Source of the DNA: Candidatus Latescibacterota bacterium
GTDB lineage: Bacteria; Latescibacterota; UBA2968; UBA8231
Length of the DNA stretch: 64,000 nt
Assembly: GCA_965248265.1 (NCBI GenBank)
Contig: CBDFJF010000002.1
Coordinates: 1,984,001 to 2,048,000 of the forward strand
Direction: 5' to 3'
Shown here: positions 19,561 to 29,397 of the stretch, one piece after another
Layout of the letters: each line of letters begins with the position of its first letter
How positions within the stretch are numbered: position 1 is the first letter of the stretch
The notes under the pieces: generated by a model
What the model was told of the DNA's origin: nothing
What the model saw: the letters and a program-made list of their open reading frames with translations, nothing else
The model's database searches: none
Translations under genes and position numbers: made by a program

Positions 19561-21057
19561 TCAGAATGCCTGATCCGTCTCCCTCATCGGTAGGCTAACT
19601 GTCACCTCCGTACCTGTCCCAACTTCGCTTTGGATCCGGATTTCCCCATGATGATCCTGGATAATCTTGAAGTCAGTGGACAGTCCAAACCTCATTTTCA
19701 TCCGGCTGTCACCGGTTTGAAAGCCAAAGTCGAAAATGCGCTCCAACTGTTCGGGTGGAATCCCTATACCTGTATCAGAGAAACAGATATAGACGGTGTC
19801 ATCTGCCATTGAGGTGCTGATCTCTATTTCTCCTGTGCCTTCGATGGCTTGAAGCGCATTCTTGAGAAGATGCATGAAGACCTGGTTCAACTGTCCGGGA
19901 GCGCAATACACCGGCTCGATATCACCGTAATTCTTGGTCACGGCGATCTTCTCACTGATCTGGCTTTCCAGCAGCGTCAGGGCGCTGTCGATCCCTTCGT
20001 GGATGTCCACCGTCTGAAACTCGGCCTCGTCCAGCCGGGCGAAATTCCGCAGGCTGCCGACCACAGCGCTCACACGTTCGGTACCGTTGGCTATCACCCG
20101 ATTGGCATTGGCCACTACTTCGAGCATTGACTGAATGGTCCGATTGTCCTTGACAGCGGGGAACGTGGTCTCAAGCGTCCGTGTCAGTTTGTCTACGGCG
20201 CGGATCAACGTGTCGTGCATACTGCCGATGGCCCCCAGCGGCGTGTTCATCTCGTGCGCCACGCCGGATACCAGATCGCCCAAAGAGGCCATTTTCTCCT
20301 GCATGACCAGTTGGTTCTGCGTCTCTCTGAGCAGGCGCAAGTTCTGTTCCAGTACCCTGTTCTGTTCCTCTACCCGCTGAAAATCGAGATAACGCACATA
20401 GCCCAACGACAGGGCATCAGTCAGTTCCTGGACGATGGTCAGGTGCTCTGCCACTCGTGTAGGTGTTATGAGGCCGACGATGCCATGCTCAAACGGCACG
20501 TAGTTAAAAGCCCATTCGGCTCTATCGGGTATTGGAATAGGCCGGTCCAGGCCCCAGGACTGGGTCATCGCCTCAAACCTTGACGCATAGTCCTCGCCGC
20601 TGACCGCAATCGTTATCACTTCCCCTCGGCGCCACGAATCGATCATTGTCTGATCCCTTGAACTGGACAATTTCACTTCCCCTACCACGATCTCGTCATT
20701 GAACTCAAACAAGTGGGACGAAGTCCATGAGATGCCGAACTTTCTCGGGTTGGGGAAGGCGTAGTAGCGTCTTCTAACATGAACACCATCCTCATCCTCC
20801 TCCAAGAATCGAATGGTGGGTCCCAAGTTCTCGATTCCCAGATTCACCATCTCCTCCCACATCATTCCCATTACCTTGAGGAGATCGTCGCTGGACCGCA
20901 TGGCCATAGCCTCTGCCCGCATCCGCTCTACAGCCAACTGACGCTCGACGCCGGATACATCGCCCCTCGTCACCTTCTTGCGGAGGTCGGCATTCTCACC
21001 ACGCAACTCATCCAGTTCCTCGATGAGCTGAGCCTTCGTCTTTCTCTTGTCATTCAT
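19561..21057 (-). CDS. Cytoplasmic sensor histidine kinase
   Basis: EKMASLG..GVAHEMNTP H-box, QLNQVFMHLLKNA, DTGIGI; degenerate G2 box (MRFGLS); no TM segment. Confidence 0.9.
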   Translation of the reverse strand: MNDKRKTKAQLIEELDELRGENADLRKKVTRGDVSGVERQLAVERMRAEAMAMRSSDDLLKVMGMMWEEMVNLGIENLGPTIRFLEEDEDGVHVRRRYYAFPNPRKFGISWTSSHLFEFNDEIVVGEVKLSSSRDQTMIDSWRRGEVITIAVSGEDYASRFEAMTQSWGLDRPIPIPDRAEWAFNYVPFEHGIVGLITPTRVAEHLTIVQELTDALSLGYVRYLDFQRVEEQNRVLEQNLRLLRETQNQLVMQEKMASLGDLVSGVAHEMNTPLGAIGSMHDTLIRAVDKLTRTLETTFPAVKDNRTIQSMLEVVANANRVIANGTERVSAVVGSLRNFARLDEAEFQTVDIHEGIDSALTLLESQISEKIAVTKNYGDIEPVYCAPGQLNQVFMHLLKNALQAIEGTGEIEISTSMADDTVYICFSDTGIGIPPEQLERIFDFGFQTGDSRMKMRFGLSTDFKIIQDHHGEIRIQSEVGTGTEVTVSLPMRETDQAF

Positions 21058-21235
21058 GGCAGTAGAATAACAACCCCGTTGTAGGTATCATGGGAGCAGA
21101 AGAAGACCGGCAGCAGGGCTATCGTAGCCCAGACGGACAGAGAGGGAGTTCGCATAGATCGCATTGATATCGACTCAGAGTTGGCCGATAGGGTACGGAG
21201 ATTCGGAGGGTGGGCCAAGCTGGGGGCTACTTCAT

Positions 21236-23374
21236 TTAACTAATCCTCACTGCCTTCACCTGGTTGTTGTAGAAGTCGCTGACTAACAGGATATGAGAGT
21301 CGAAGAAGCAGATCCCGTGGGGCTCATTGAACGGGGCTGATGTGGCAGGGGTGTCATCGGCTGCGTTGCCGTGCTCGCCGTTGCCGACGACGGTCTCCAG
21401 GCAACCATCCGCATTGACCCGCCGCACCCGGTTGTTGCCCATGTCGGAGAAATAGAGGTCGCCGCTCGACGGTGCCAGGGCGATGCTGCGCGGTGAGCTG
21501 ATCTGCGCCTCCACAGCCGGCGTACCATCGGGGGAGTAGCCGGGCTGTCCGGTGCCGACTACGGTCATTATGAGGCCGCTGGTCAGGTCGACCTTGCGAA
21601 TTACATGCTCGGTCATGTCGCTGAAGTAGAGGACCCCGCCGCCAGCTGCCAGGGCCAATTCTGATGGAGAACCGATGCGGGCTTCGGTGGCCGGTCCACG
21701 GTCACCGGTGTAACCGGGCAGACCAATGCCGGCCACGGTGGTGATGATGCCGGTGGCAGCCTCTACCTTGCGGATGCGTCCGACCGCCGTATCACTGATA
21801 TAGAGGTCCCCGTTGTCTGCGTAAACCAGGGCCTCCAAGAAGCCGAAGCAGGCGCTCACCGCTGGTCCACCATCCCCCTTGTCCCACTGCTGACCGGTGC
21901 CGGCAATGGTGGTAATGACACCGTCATCGCCCACGCGCCGCACGTGCGAATGCCGGCAGTCGGCGATGGTCACCCGTCCCAGCGAATCGACGGCGACGTG
22001 GCTCGGGTTGCCGAGGTAGGCGTCGTTGGCAGGACCGCCGTCGCCGCCATAGGCGCGTGCGCCGTTGCCGGCGACTCCGCGGATGATGCCGGTTATCGGG
22101 TCGATGGCACGAATGCGCTGATTCCAGCGGTCGGCCAGGTAAATATGCCCGTCGGGGCCGATGTCCATGCCCTCGACCCCGTTGAGGAACGCATTGGTAG
22201 CAACCTCGCCATCGTGGACACTGGTTCCGCCCAGAACAGTTGTGACGATTCCGGTGACGCCATCGTAACGGCGCGTGCGGCCGGAGCAGTCACAGTAGTG
22301 GACGGTGCCATCGGGATCGGCCCATACGCCACCTTCTATTGAAGCGACACGGGTTTGCGGTCCCGGCAGGCCCTCCGCGCCGAAACCAGGTTCACCGGTG
22401 CCCACCAGCGTCGTGACGATGCCGGTGGCTCCATCGACCTTGCGGACACGGAAGCCGTATTTCTCACCCACGTAGAGGTTGTCGTGTACGTCGAAGCAGA
22501 TGGCATCCGGCATCAGGATGCTGGCTTGCGTTGCCGGTCCGCCATCACCGTTGGAGGCGCGTTGGCCGTTGCCGAGTACCGTCGTGATGATGCCCGTCTG
22601 CATGTCGATCTTGCGAATGCGGTCGTTGGAGTTGTCGCAGACGTAGAGGTTGTCCTTCGAGTCGAAGGCCAGGTGTTCTGGATGCCAGAACGCGGCATCG
22701 ATGGCTGGGCCGCCGTCGCCGTGGTACCCCTGAAACGAACACCACTGGCCGCCGGCAGGCCGGCTGTTGCCACTCTCACTCGGATAATGGCGGGCGTCTT
22801 GACCGGCAAAGCGCTCGATGATGCCGGTCTTGGCATCGATACGGCGCACGTTGTTGGACCATTCGCCGGCTAAGAAGATGTCGCCGTTACGGGCTACGGC
22901 GATGCCGCAGGTGGTGTCGGTCTCTGCCTCCACCGCCGGTCCGCCATCACCTCCACGGCCAACCTTTCCACTGCCGGCCACGTGGGTGATGATGCCGGTG
23001 CGGCCATCGATGCGGCGGAAAATCGAGCAGTTCTGGTCGTTGACGTAGACGTTGCCCTCGTAGTCGAGGCACACATCGTGCGGATAACTCATCCGGGCTT
23101 CGTTCGCCGGTCCGCCGTCGCCGGTCCATCCGGGGATACCATCTCCGGCAAAGGTGTGGAGGATGCCGTCGCCGTCGATGCGCCAGACACGCTGCCCCTG
23201 GTAATCGGCAACGATGAGGTCGCCCCCATGCGGTTGGTTCGGCGGCAGGCGAACGATGCCGAAGGGCCAACCGGCGTCCGCCTCTTTGGCGGGGATGCCG
23301 TCCTGATAACCGGCGCCTGCGATCGTCATCATGTGGCCGGGGGCCAGCTTCTGAAAGCGCTCGTGCAGGTTCAT
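21236..23374 (-). CDS. NHL-repeat (teneurin-like) beta-propeller protein
   Basis: About 12 repeats of the type RIRKID..TGIITTVAG.G...GDGGPA; no signal peptide. Confidence 0.9.
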   Translation of the reverse strand: MNLHERFQKLAPGHMMTIAGAGYQDGIPAKEADAGWPFGIVRLPPNQPHGGDLIVADYQGQRVWRIDGDGILHTFAGDGIPGWTGDGGPANEARMSYPHDVCLDYEGNVYVNDQNCSIFRRIDGRTGIITHVAGSGKVGRGGDGGPAVEAETDTTCGIAVARNGDIFLAGEWSNNVRRIDAKTGIIERFAGQDARHYPSESGNSRPAGGQWCSFQGYHGDGGPAIDAAFWHPEHLAFDSKDNLYVCDNSNDRIRKIDMQTGIITTVLGNGQRASNGDGGPATQASILMPDAICFDVHDNLYVGEKYGFRVRKVDGATGIVTTLVGTGEPGFGAEGLPGPQTRVASIEGGVWADPDGTVHYCDCSGRTRRYDGVTGIVTTVLGGTSVHDGEVATNAFLNGVEGMDIGPDGHIYLADRWNQRIRAIDPITGIIRGVAGNGARAYGGDGGPANDAYLGNPSHVAVDSLGRVTIADCRHSHVRRVGDDGVITTIAGTGQQWDKGDGGPAVSACFGFLEALVYADNGDLYISDTAVGRIRKVEAATGIITTVAGIGLPGYTGDRGPATEARIGSPSELALAAGGGVLYFSDMTEHVIRKVDLTSGLIMTVVGTGQPGYSPDGTPAVEAQISSPRSIALAPSSGDLYFSDMGNNRVRRVNADGCLETVVGNGEHGNAADDTPATSAPFNEPHGICFFDSHILLVSDFYNNQVKAVRIS

Positions 23375-24609
23375 GATATCGTGTTTCCTCGCTCCTGTTC
23401 GACCAGGGGGCGGCTGCCGTCGGCGGTGACGACGAAGGTCTGCTCGATCTCGACCGCACCGATCCCCGGCGCCATGACCGTGACCTCCAGATTGATGACC
23501 ATGTTTTCTTCCAGTGGCAGGTTGGACGGTTCGTCGACGCAGTCATCGCTGATGCTGAGTCCATTGTCGGGCACCAGTATCGGATAGTCGCGGATCTCGA
23601 GGCCGAGACCATGTCCGTGCGGAAAGGTGGCGGTGACACCGCGCGCGGCCATCGTTGACTGCATCGCCTCCTGGACGACCGACGACCGAACGCCGGGGCG
23701 GACGCAATCGACGGCAGCGGCCATGCAGGCCTGCAGATCACCGTAGCAGTCGCGCAACGGCTGTGGGGCCTCCGGCATTTCGATGGTCACGGCGGTGTCG
23801 GAGAAATAGCCTTTGTAGATACAGCCGAAATCGGCGCAGAGGATGTCGTCCTCGGCGAGGGCGTAGTCCGGCTCCTGCGCCAATCCCAGGCCGCGCAGAC
23901 TGTAGATGAAGTGTTCGAAGTCGGCACCCGAAGCGGCGACCTGAGACCGGTAATCCTGGATGGCTGCAGATAGACTCACACCTTCGAGGGTGCTCCTGAT
24001 GCTGGCGAGGCCGGCGGCCTCCGAGATGGCAGCGGCTCCGGCGAGACGTTCAATCTCTTCGTCGCTTTTCACCATGCGAATCAACCGAAACAGATTGGTA
24101 CAGTCCTTGAGTTGAGCGCCCGGAAGGGCGGCTCCGATCAGGCTGTCGTAGACATCTGGCAGGGGTTCGATTTCGAGGCCCAGGCAGGCGCCATCGAGGC
24201 CGCGGTCACGCAACAGCGATAACAGCGCGTCGGTCGGAGTCTCAGCCACGGTCGGCCGGGTCAGCAGCTCGTCGAGTGTCTGAAGTCGTTCCTCGAGCGG
24301 GTCGGCGGGCCATTCCAGGTGTAACCCGGGGTCGCCGTAGAAACGCAGATCGCTGATTCCAAGATCGACCGCGTTGGCGGCGAAGATGGGGTTGACGATC
24401 AGTGCGGGTTCGCCATCGCGCGGGTACAAGGCGTAGCCCTGGAATATCCGGTTGGGGCTGCCCGGACTCAGCATGTACTGCTTCATCAACGGATCGAGCC
24501 AGCAATAGTACTCGGTCAAGTAACGGATGTTGACCGGGGATGTGGCGATGATGGCATCCAGTCCGCACCGATCCAGGTAGGCTAGTGCGCGGGATTCATT
24601 TAGTAGCAT
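23371..24609 (-). CDS. M24 (Xaa-Pro peptidase/creatinase-like) family protein
   Basis: RMVKSDEEIE, DFG..YKGYFSD, GHGLGLE, NLE and EIEQT motifs; stop overlaps the NHL gene start. Confidence 0.85.
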   Translation of the reverse strand: MLLNESRALAYLDRCGLDAIIATSPVNIRYLTEYYCWLDPLMKQYMLSPGSPNRIFQGYALYPRDGEPALIVNPIFAANAVDLGISDLRFYGDPGLHLEWPADPLEERLQTLDELLTRPTVAETPTDALLSLLRDRGLDGACLGLEIEPLPDVYDSLIGAALPGAQLKDCTNLFRLIRMVKSDEEIERLAGAAAISEAAGLASIRSTLEGVSLSAAIQDYRSQVAASGADFEHFIYSLRGLGLAQEPDYALAEDDILCADFGCIYKGYFSDTAVTIEMPEAPQPLRDCYGDLQACMAAAVDCVRPGVRSSVVQEAMQSTMAARGVTATFPHGHGLGLEIRDYPILVPDNGLSISDDCVDEPSNLPLEENMVINLEVTVMAPGIGAVEIEQTFVVTADGSRPLVEQERGNTIS

Positions 24610-24700
24610 GGCGTCAGTGTAGGATGATCCGCCGGGGGGTTCAAGACCATCTGCGTTGAGCGGGGTTGTGGCTATGACTAAGTTTCACCTATTCAATGAT

Positions 24701-24742
24701 CGACCTGAGTACACCGACCTGAGTACACCAACCTGAGTACGA
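24701..24742. repeat. Tandem 14-bp repeat x3 (CGACCTGAGTACAC)
   Basis: 24701-24714 and 24715-24728 are exact copies; 24729-24742 is the variant CAACCTGAGTACGA. Confidence 0.9.
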
Positions 24743-24760
24743 CAACCATCGAGATTACAT

Positions 24761-25237
24761 ATGAAACTTCTGGCCCTTCGAATGATCCAAGCCGTTGCCG
24801 TCATTGCCCTATGCTGCCATCAGACCTCGGCAGCCACCCTGGAAGCAGTGAGTGCCGAAGTGGACAGCCTGTCCGCCGTACGAGATTCCCTACAGGCCGA
24901 CATTGAATTGGTTGAAGCTCAAGTGGACAGCCTGAAGGCTCTGCAGAAGGAGTTGGAAGCCGAACGGGAATCGGAGAAAGTGCCCGAGGTGTTCGTCGTC
25001 AATGAAGTGGTCGGTAACGCCATCGACGCCACCGAGCGTGACCGCTACGGCCTGTTTCCGAGCATTACCGAGTTTGTCTCAGCGACGTACTACAAGCGGC
25101 CCGATGGATCGTTCTATGTCGAGCTCGCGACCCGGGGTTCTGACGGCAAGAACAGCAAAACCCGCAACGATGTCGTCTCCGCCGGTATATCATACGTGCG
25201 CTCCAAGATCGAAAGCACTCAATCGAAGTCAGACTGA
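24761..25237 (+). CDS. Secreted hypothetical protein with coiled coil
   Basis: Signal peptide ending TSA-A; VDSL heptads. Confidence 0.65.
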   Translation: MKLLALRMIQAVAVIALCCHQTSAATLEAVSAEVDSLSAVRDSLQADIELVEAQVDSLKALQKELEAERESEKVPEVFVVNEVVGNAIDATERDRYGLFPSITEFVSATYYKRPDGSFYVELATRGSDGKNSKTRNDVVSAGISYVRSKIESTQSKSD

Positions 25238-26004
25238 GGAACGCGCGAGAACTCACGGTAGAACCGGGCCACCTCGGCGACTGTGATTTCCAGCATGGCG
25301 TTGCCGAGTTCAGATGTCGCTTCGGCCGGGTTGTCGGTGTGACCGGGTCCCTTCTGCCAGGTGCCATAGCTCTGGACGACGGCACCGGTGAGGTCGACGT
25401 CGAGACCGATGTCGGCGTTGGACACGTCGTCGACCTGCTGCCGCGCCGACTCGTCGACCCAGTCCGGCCGCAGGGCCATCACCATGGAGGTCTCGAACTG
25501 GCCGGCATGGCCGGGAATGCGAGAGGCCGGCAAGAGGTCCGCCTCCACCAGCGCGTCGCGGCACAAGTCCCAGTAGTTGCAGCTGGCGGCCACGATCGGC
25601 AACCCCATCCGATTGACGGCATCCTGGCCGACAACTCCGATGTGGTCTGAGTTACCGCCGTGTCCGTTGAGGATGACGACTTTGCGGAAACCACTGCGTG
25701 ACAGGCCGGCGACCACCTCGGCGACGACCTCTATGAAGGTAGCGCTGGTAAGGGTCAGGACCCCGCCGAAGGGCTTGTGGTGGAAGGAGCTGCCGAGGGC
25801 CAGCGGCGGTGCGATGACGACGGGCACCTGGTCGGCGGCCGCTTCAGCGGCGCGACGGGCGACGGTCGTACACAACAGGGTATCGGTGCCGACCGCCATG
25901 TGAGGCCCGTGTTGCTCGGTGGCTGCGGTCGGCAGGACGCCGATCGCCCGCGGGGCGATTTCCAGGATCTGCTCCCGGGTCATCTCTTCGAAAAGAACCG
26001 TCAT
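25219..26004 (-). CDS. Creatininase family protein
   Basis: EQHGPHMAVGTD, NGHGGN and HAGQFETS motifs. Confidence 0.92.
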   Translation of the reverse strand: MTVLFEEMTREQILEIAPRAIGVLPTAATEQHGPHMAVGTDTLLCTTVARRAAEAAADQVPVVIAPPLALGSSFHHKPFGGVLTLTSATFIEVVAEVVAGLSRSGFRKVVILNGHGGNSDHIGVVGQDAVNRMGLPIVAASCNYWDLCRDALVEADLLPASRIPGHAGQFETSMVMALRPDWVDESARQQVDDVSNADIGLDVDLTGAVVQSYGTWQKGPGHTDNPAEATSELGNAMLEITVAEVARFYREFSRVPQSDFD

Positions 26005-26043
26005 GTCATTTCCCTGGTGAGTGTCTCATGTTGTTCAAGGTCG

Positions 26044-27639
26044 TCAGCTCCTGGGCGCGCCGCCAGCGCCGACATGGTCGATCGGTAACACGATCGTGAA
26101 GCGGGTGCCCCTGCCGACTTCGCTGTCGACGAGAGCCCGAGCACCATGATTCTCCAGAATGTTGAAACTCGTGGACAGACCCAATCCGGTGCCCACGCCA
26201 ACACCACGGGTGGTGAATCCGGGATCGAAGATTCGAGGCAAGTCTTCCGGAGGAATGCCCACACCCGTATCCGTGATCGTGACGTGAACTTGGTCGCCGT
26301 CAGTCCTGGTCTGTATGGTCACGGTGCCCGATTCCTCAATCGCCTGCATGGCATTCGTCAACACGTTCATGAAAACCTGGTTGAGCTGATTGGCAAAGCA
26401 GTTCACGTGAGGCAGGTTGCCGAACTCTTTGACGATCTCTATGCGGCTCTTCATTTCGTGTTGGAGCAGGGTCAAGGTGCTCTCCAGGCCCTCGTGGATG
26501 TCGGCCTTCTGAAACGCGGCCTCATCGAGACGGGCAAAGTTCTTCAGACTCTGAACGATGGTACCGATGCGCTCGCTGGCTGTGACGATTACGTCGGTAT
26601 TGCTCTTCAGCGACTGAAGCGCCCTCATCATCCTGGGCTCCTCTCTGATCTGTGAGGCCTCAGGGCTGGCATCGACGGTTTCCATGATCCGGTCGACGCA
26701 CAGAGAAGAGGTGTCGGCGGCACTGTGCAAGGCACCTATAGGATTGTTGATCTCGTGTGCAACGCCCGCAACCAGGTTGCCGAGGGATGCCATCTTCTCC
26801 TTCATGACGAGTTGTTGTTGGGCCTGGCGCAGCGACGCCGCCATCTGCTCGAAGGAGCGTGCGAGGCTGCCGATCTCGTCCTTGCTGTTGATGCCCAGCT
26901 GCACGTCGAGGTCGCCTTCGGCCACGGAGTGGGCAGCTCGCTCCAGTTGGCGAACGGGGACAGCTATGAGCCGGACCAGAGTAAACGCGATTATGGCAGA
27001 GAGAGCCAGTGTCGAGACTAGCAGGATGAGCGTAACGTTTCGCGCCTTGTTGAAGGTGCGCTCGGCGCGTTCGGCAGCCTCGATGGAATTGGTGTTGTTG
27101 ACACGGACCAGTTCCTGCAGATCCCTGCTGAAGTCTTCATACACTTCACGGGCCTCGCCATTGAGCAGGGCGACCGCGCCCTCGCTATCGTCGTCTGCCG
27201 ACAGGCTCAAGAAGGCGAAGGACAGATCGAGGTACTCCTCCCATTTGGGGTCGAACCCTTCCTCGTAGAGGCTCTTCTCCGTCTCGGAATACAATCCCTG
27301 AGCCTCGGACAACTGCTTCAGTCGCTCATAGGCATCCAGGTTCTCATCGACCCGGTCCAGCAGTTCAACGATCGTGGTCTGTTGTTGGTCTCTTTGCTCC
27401 GTGGCGAACGCCAGCTGCAGCTGATTGGCGCGCAGTTCGGAGGTAGTGAGGTTGATGTGGGACAGGGCGATGACGCGCGGCAACCAACTGGTCGAGACCG
27501 TGTTGATTTCGTCCTTCAGCTTCGCCATCCTGGCCAGGGAATAGATGTTGGCGCAGGTCATGATCAGGAGGACGAGGCCGAAACCGAGGATCTGCTTCGA
27601 GCCGAGGTTCAAATCCCGAAAAGCCATGACCGGGATCAC
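26044..27639 (-). CDS. Membrane sensor histidine kinase (four-helix-bundle MCP-type sensor + HAMP)
   Basis: TM-periplasmic helical bundle-TM, HAMP (SKDEIGSLARSF), AHEINNP, GTGLGLS. Confidence 0.9.
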   Translation of the reverse strand: MIPVMAFRDLNLGSKQILGFGLVLLIMTCANIYSLARMAKLKDEINTVSTSWLPRVIALSHINLTTSELRANQLQLAFATEQRDQQQTTIVELLDRVDENLDAYERLKQLSEAQGLYSETEKSLYEEGFDPKWEEYLDLSFAFLSLSADDDSEGAVALLNGEAREVYEDFSRDLQELVRVNNTNSIEAAERAERTFNKARNVTLILLVSTLALSAIIAFTLVRLIAVPVRQLERAAHSVAEGDLDVQLGINSKDEIGSLARSFEQMAASLRQAQQQLVMKEKMASLGNLVAGVAHEINNPIGALHSAADTSSLCVDRIMETVDASPEASQIREEPRMMRALQSLKSNTDVIVTASERIGTIVQSLKNFARLDEAAFQKADIHEGLESTLTLLQHEMKSRIEIVKEFGNLPHVNCFANQLNQVFMNVLTNAMQAIEESGTVTIQTRTDGDQVHVTITDTGVGIPPEDLPRIFDPGFTTRGVGVGTGLGLSTSFNILENHGARALVDSEVGRGTRFTIVLPIDHVGAGGAPRS

Positions 27640-28064
27640 TCACTTTCAGGTATCACGAGGAGCGTTTTGACATGGTCGGTTGACATCGCCCTGCTGACAA
27701 AACTCAACGCTCCGGGCGTTGAGGCCACTTTTTCGAGGATTTCGCTTTCCGATTTCAGCACTTCTGGCGGGTCGCCCTCGCCGGAAAGCATTTTCTTCAT
27801 CCAGATCGACTTCAAACGTGAAGGCCTCTTGCCGAGGAAATCATAGAACGTCTTCTTGGTCGTGTTCTTCGGCTTCAGGTCAATCAAAACGACCGCGGTC
27901 TCGTCGGGCCACCGGTTGCGATCACCGGTGTAGTAGTCGATCAGGTCCGCGCGGCTCAGCGTGTCCAGCGGTACGGTTGGATGCGCGATGACGGCAACTT
28001 CGAAGTCGGAGCCATACGCCTGGGCAGCCACGGCAAGGGCAGCCAGCGTGATCCATGTCCGCAT
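27636..28064 (-). CDS. Small periplasmic protein, phosphate-binding-protein-like single domain
   Basis: Signal peptide; VAVIAHP..P...LS, W....LSGEGDPP and VASTPGALSFV motifs. Confidence 0.75.
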   Translation of the reverse strand: MRTWITLAALAVAAQAYGSDFEVAVIAHPTVPLDTLSRADLIDYYTGDRNRWPDETAVVLIDLKPKNTTKKTFYDFLGKRPSRLKSIWMKKMLSGEGDPPEVLKSESEILEKVASTPGALSFVSRAMSTDHVKTLLVIPESE

Positions 28065-29242
28065 CAGAACACCGCCGAAATGGCTGCGGTATAGAAATTG
28101 AGGTCACTCTTGGTAGTCCCTTCTGTAGGAGGGGTTTCTCTCGAGCGCCCAACCGCGTACCCGACCTTGAGAGCAATGCCGTCGGTGAGATCGTAACGAA
28201 GGCCGGCATTGGGCACCTCAATCCTGCCCTTGCCCAGGGTGGTCAACTCGTCTTCCTCCACCCAGTAGCTGACGTAGGAAGAGAACTCTTCCGTCCATTG
28301 GTAACCAAAGGTGAGATAGTAGAATTCGAGTCTGATCAGAAAATCAGGAATATCATCATCATAGCGGACTCTGATGTACTCCGACTCGAAATGGTAGTCG
28401 CCGAAGTGACCGGACAAGTCCGTGCCCAATCGAATTCTGCGCACTTCCTTGAAATCCGCTGGATTGTGGCCCAGCGCCTCGGCGCCGGTCTGGAAGAGGT
28501 TGGTGTAATCGTGTGTTGCCGATACGCCGAATTTCAAATCCCGGTAGCGCAGACCGAGGCGGCCGCCGATCAGGAGGGTGGCGGTCGTGTCGACACCGCT
28601 CTGGCTGTTTTCATCGTCATCGAACACCCCCGTGATGTCGGCGTTGTCGTTGATATTGGGACTGTTCCCAAGGTATGCGGCGTAGTCGATCTTGACCTCG
28701 CCCTTGGGCACGGAACCGTAAGCCTGAACGAAGGCTCTTGTCGGTGTGAATTCATCGAGGAGGATGATCTCGTTAAAGGAGGATTCGTACACCAGGGGTC
28801 TGATGATGTAGGGAATTAGGGGTGTTTTGTTCTTGATCTCGTTGAAATGATTGAAAATCGGAATCTGCAAGCCGAGCTTGAGGCTGAAGGCCCTGTTCAT
28901 GCGGTATCGCACCCAGGCCTCCTCGAGGTTGAAGGCTCCCCAGCGCCGAAACGAAGAGTAGGAGTTCACCATCTCGAGATTGACGAACGAGGTCCAGCGC
29001 TCGCTGACCGGTTTCTGCAGAAAAATGTTCAGTTGTTGCGTGATGAAGGAGTTCAGGGACTCCCCCTGCTGCGAAGTCTGGTCAGGAAAACGAACCTTCT
29101 GGTCCACCTGCTGGAAAATGTTTTGTGAGTAGCCGAAAATTCGCAGTCGGTCGTCCTCGGCCGCGGTGGAGTTGGCAGTGGCGATGGTCAGCAACAGGGC
29201 GATGAGGGTCGCCGTCTGGCGTTTCGATACTCGATCTGACAT
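28064..29242 (-). CDS. Outer-membrane beta-barrel (porin-like) protein
   Basis: Signal peptide, LEEAWVRY, alternating beta strands, C-terminal Phe (SAVF); GGAG RBS. Confidence 0.75.
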   Translation of the reverse strand: MSDRVSKRQTATLIALLLTIATANSTAAEDDRLRIFGYSQNIFQQVDQKVRFPDQTSQQGESLNSFITQQLNIFLQKPVSERWTSFVNLEMVNSYSSFRRWGAFNLEEAWVRYRMNRAFSLKLGLQIPIFNHFNEIKNKTPLIPYIIRPLVYESSFNEIILLDEFTPTRAFVQAYGSVPKGEVKIDYAAYLGNSPNINDNADITGVFDDDENSQSGVDTTATLLIGGRLGLRYRDLKFGVSATHDYTNLFQTGAEALGHNPADFKEVRRIRLGTDLSGHFGDYHFESEYIRVRYDDDIPDFLIRLEFYYLTFGYQWTEEFSSYVSYWVEEDELTTLGKGRIEVPNAGLRYDLTDGIALKVGYAVGRSRETPPTEGTTKSDLNFYTAAISAVF

Positions 29243-29263
29243 GATTCTCCAAATCTGTGATGG

Positions 29264-29279
29264 TGCGATCAATATGCCT
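29264..29279 (-). promoter_or_regulatory. Candidate sigma54 -24/-12 promoter for the porin operon
   Basis: AGGCATATTGATCGCA (GG-N10-GC) about 21 nt upstream of the porin ATG. Confidence 0.35.
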
Positions 29280-29397
29280 TCCCCGAGCATGTGCGGCAAG
29301 CACTCTGGCCTGAGAGAATCCCCGGGTTTCACGAGGTTCGTTTGGAGTGCGACCAGTAACTTCTTAGGATACTGGACTCCCATCGGGATCCGAATCT

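Noticed and set aside
24701-24742. Possible CRISPR array
   Set aside because: The 14-bp units are contiguous with no spacers, and no cas genes are present.
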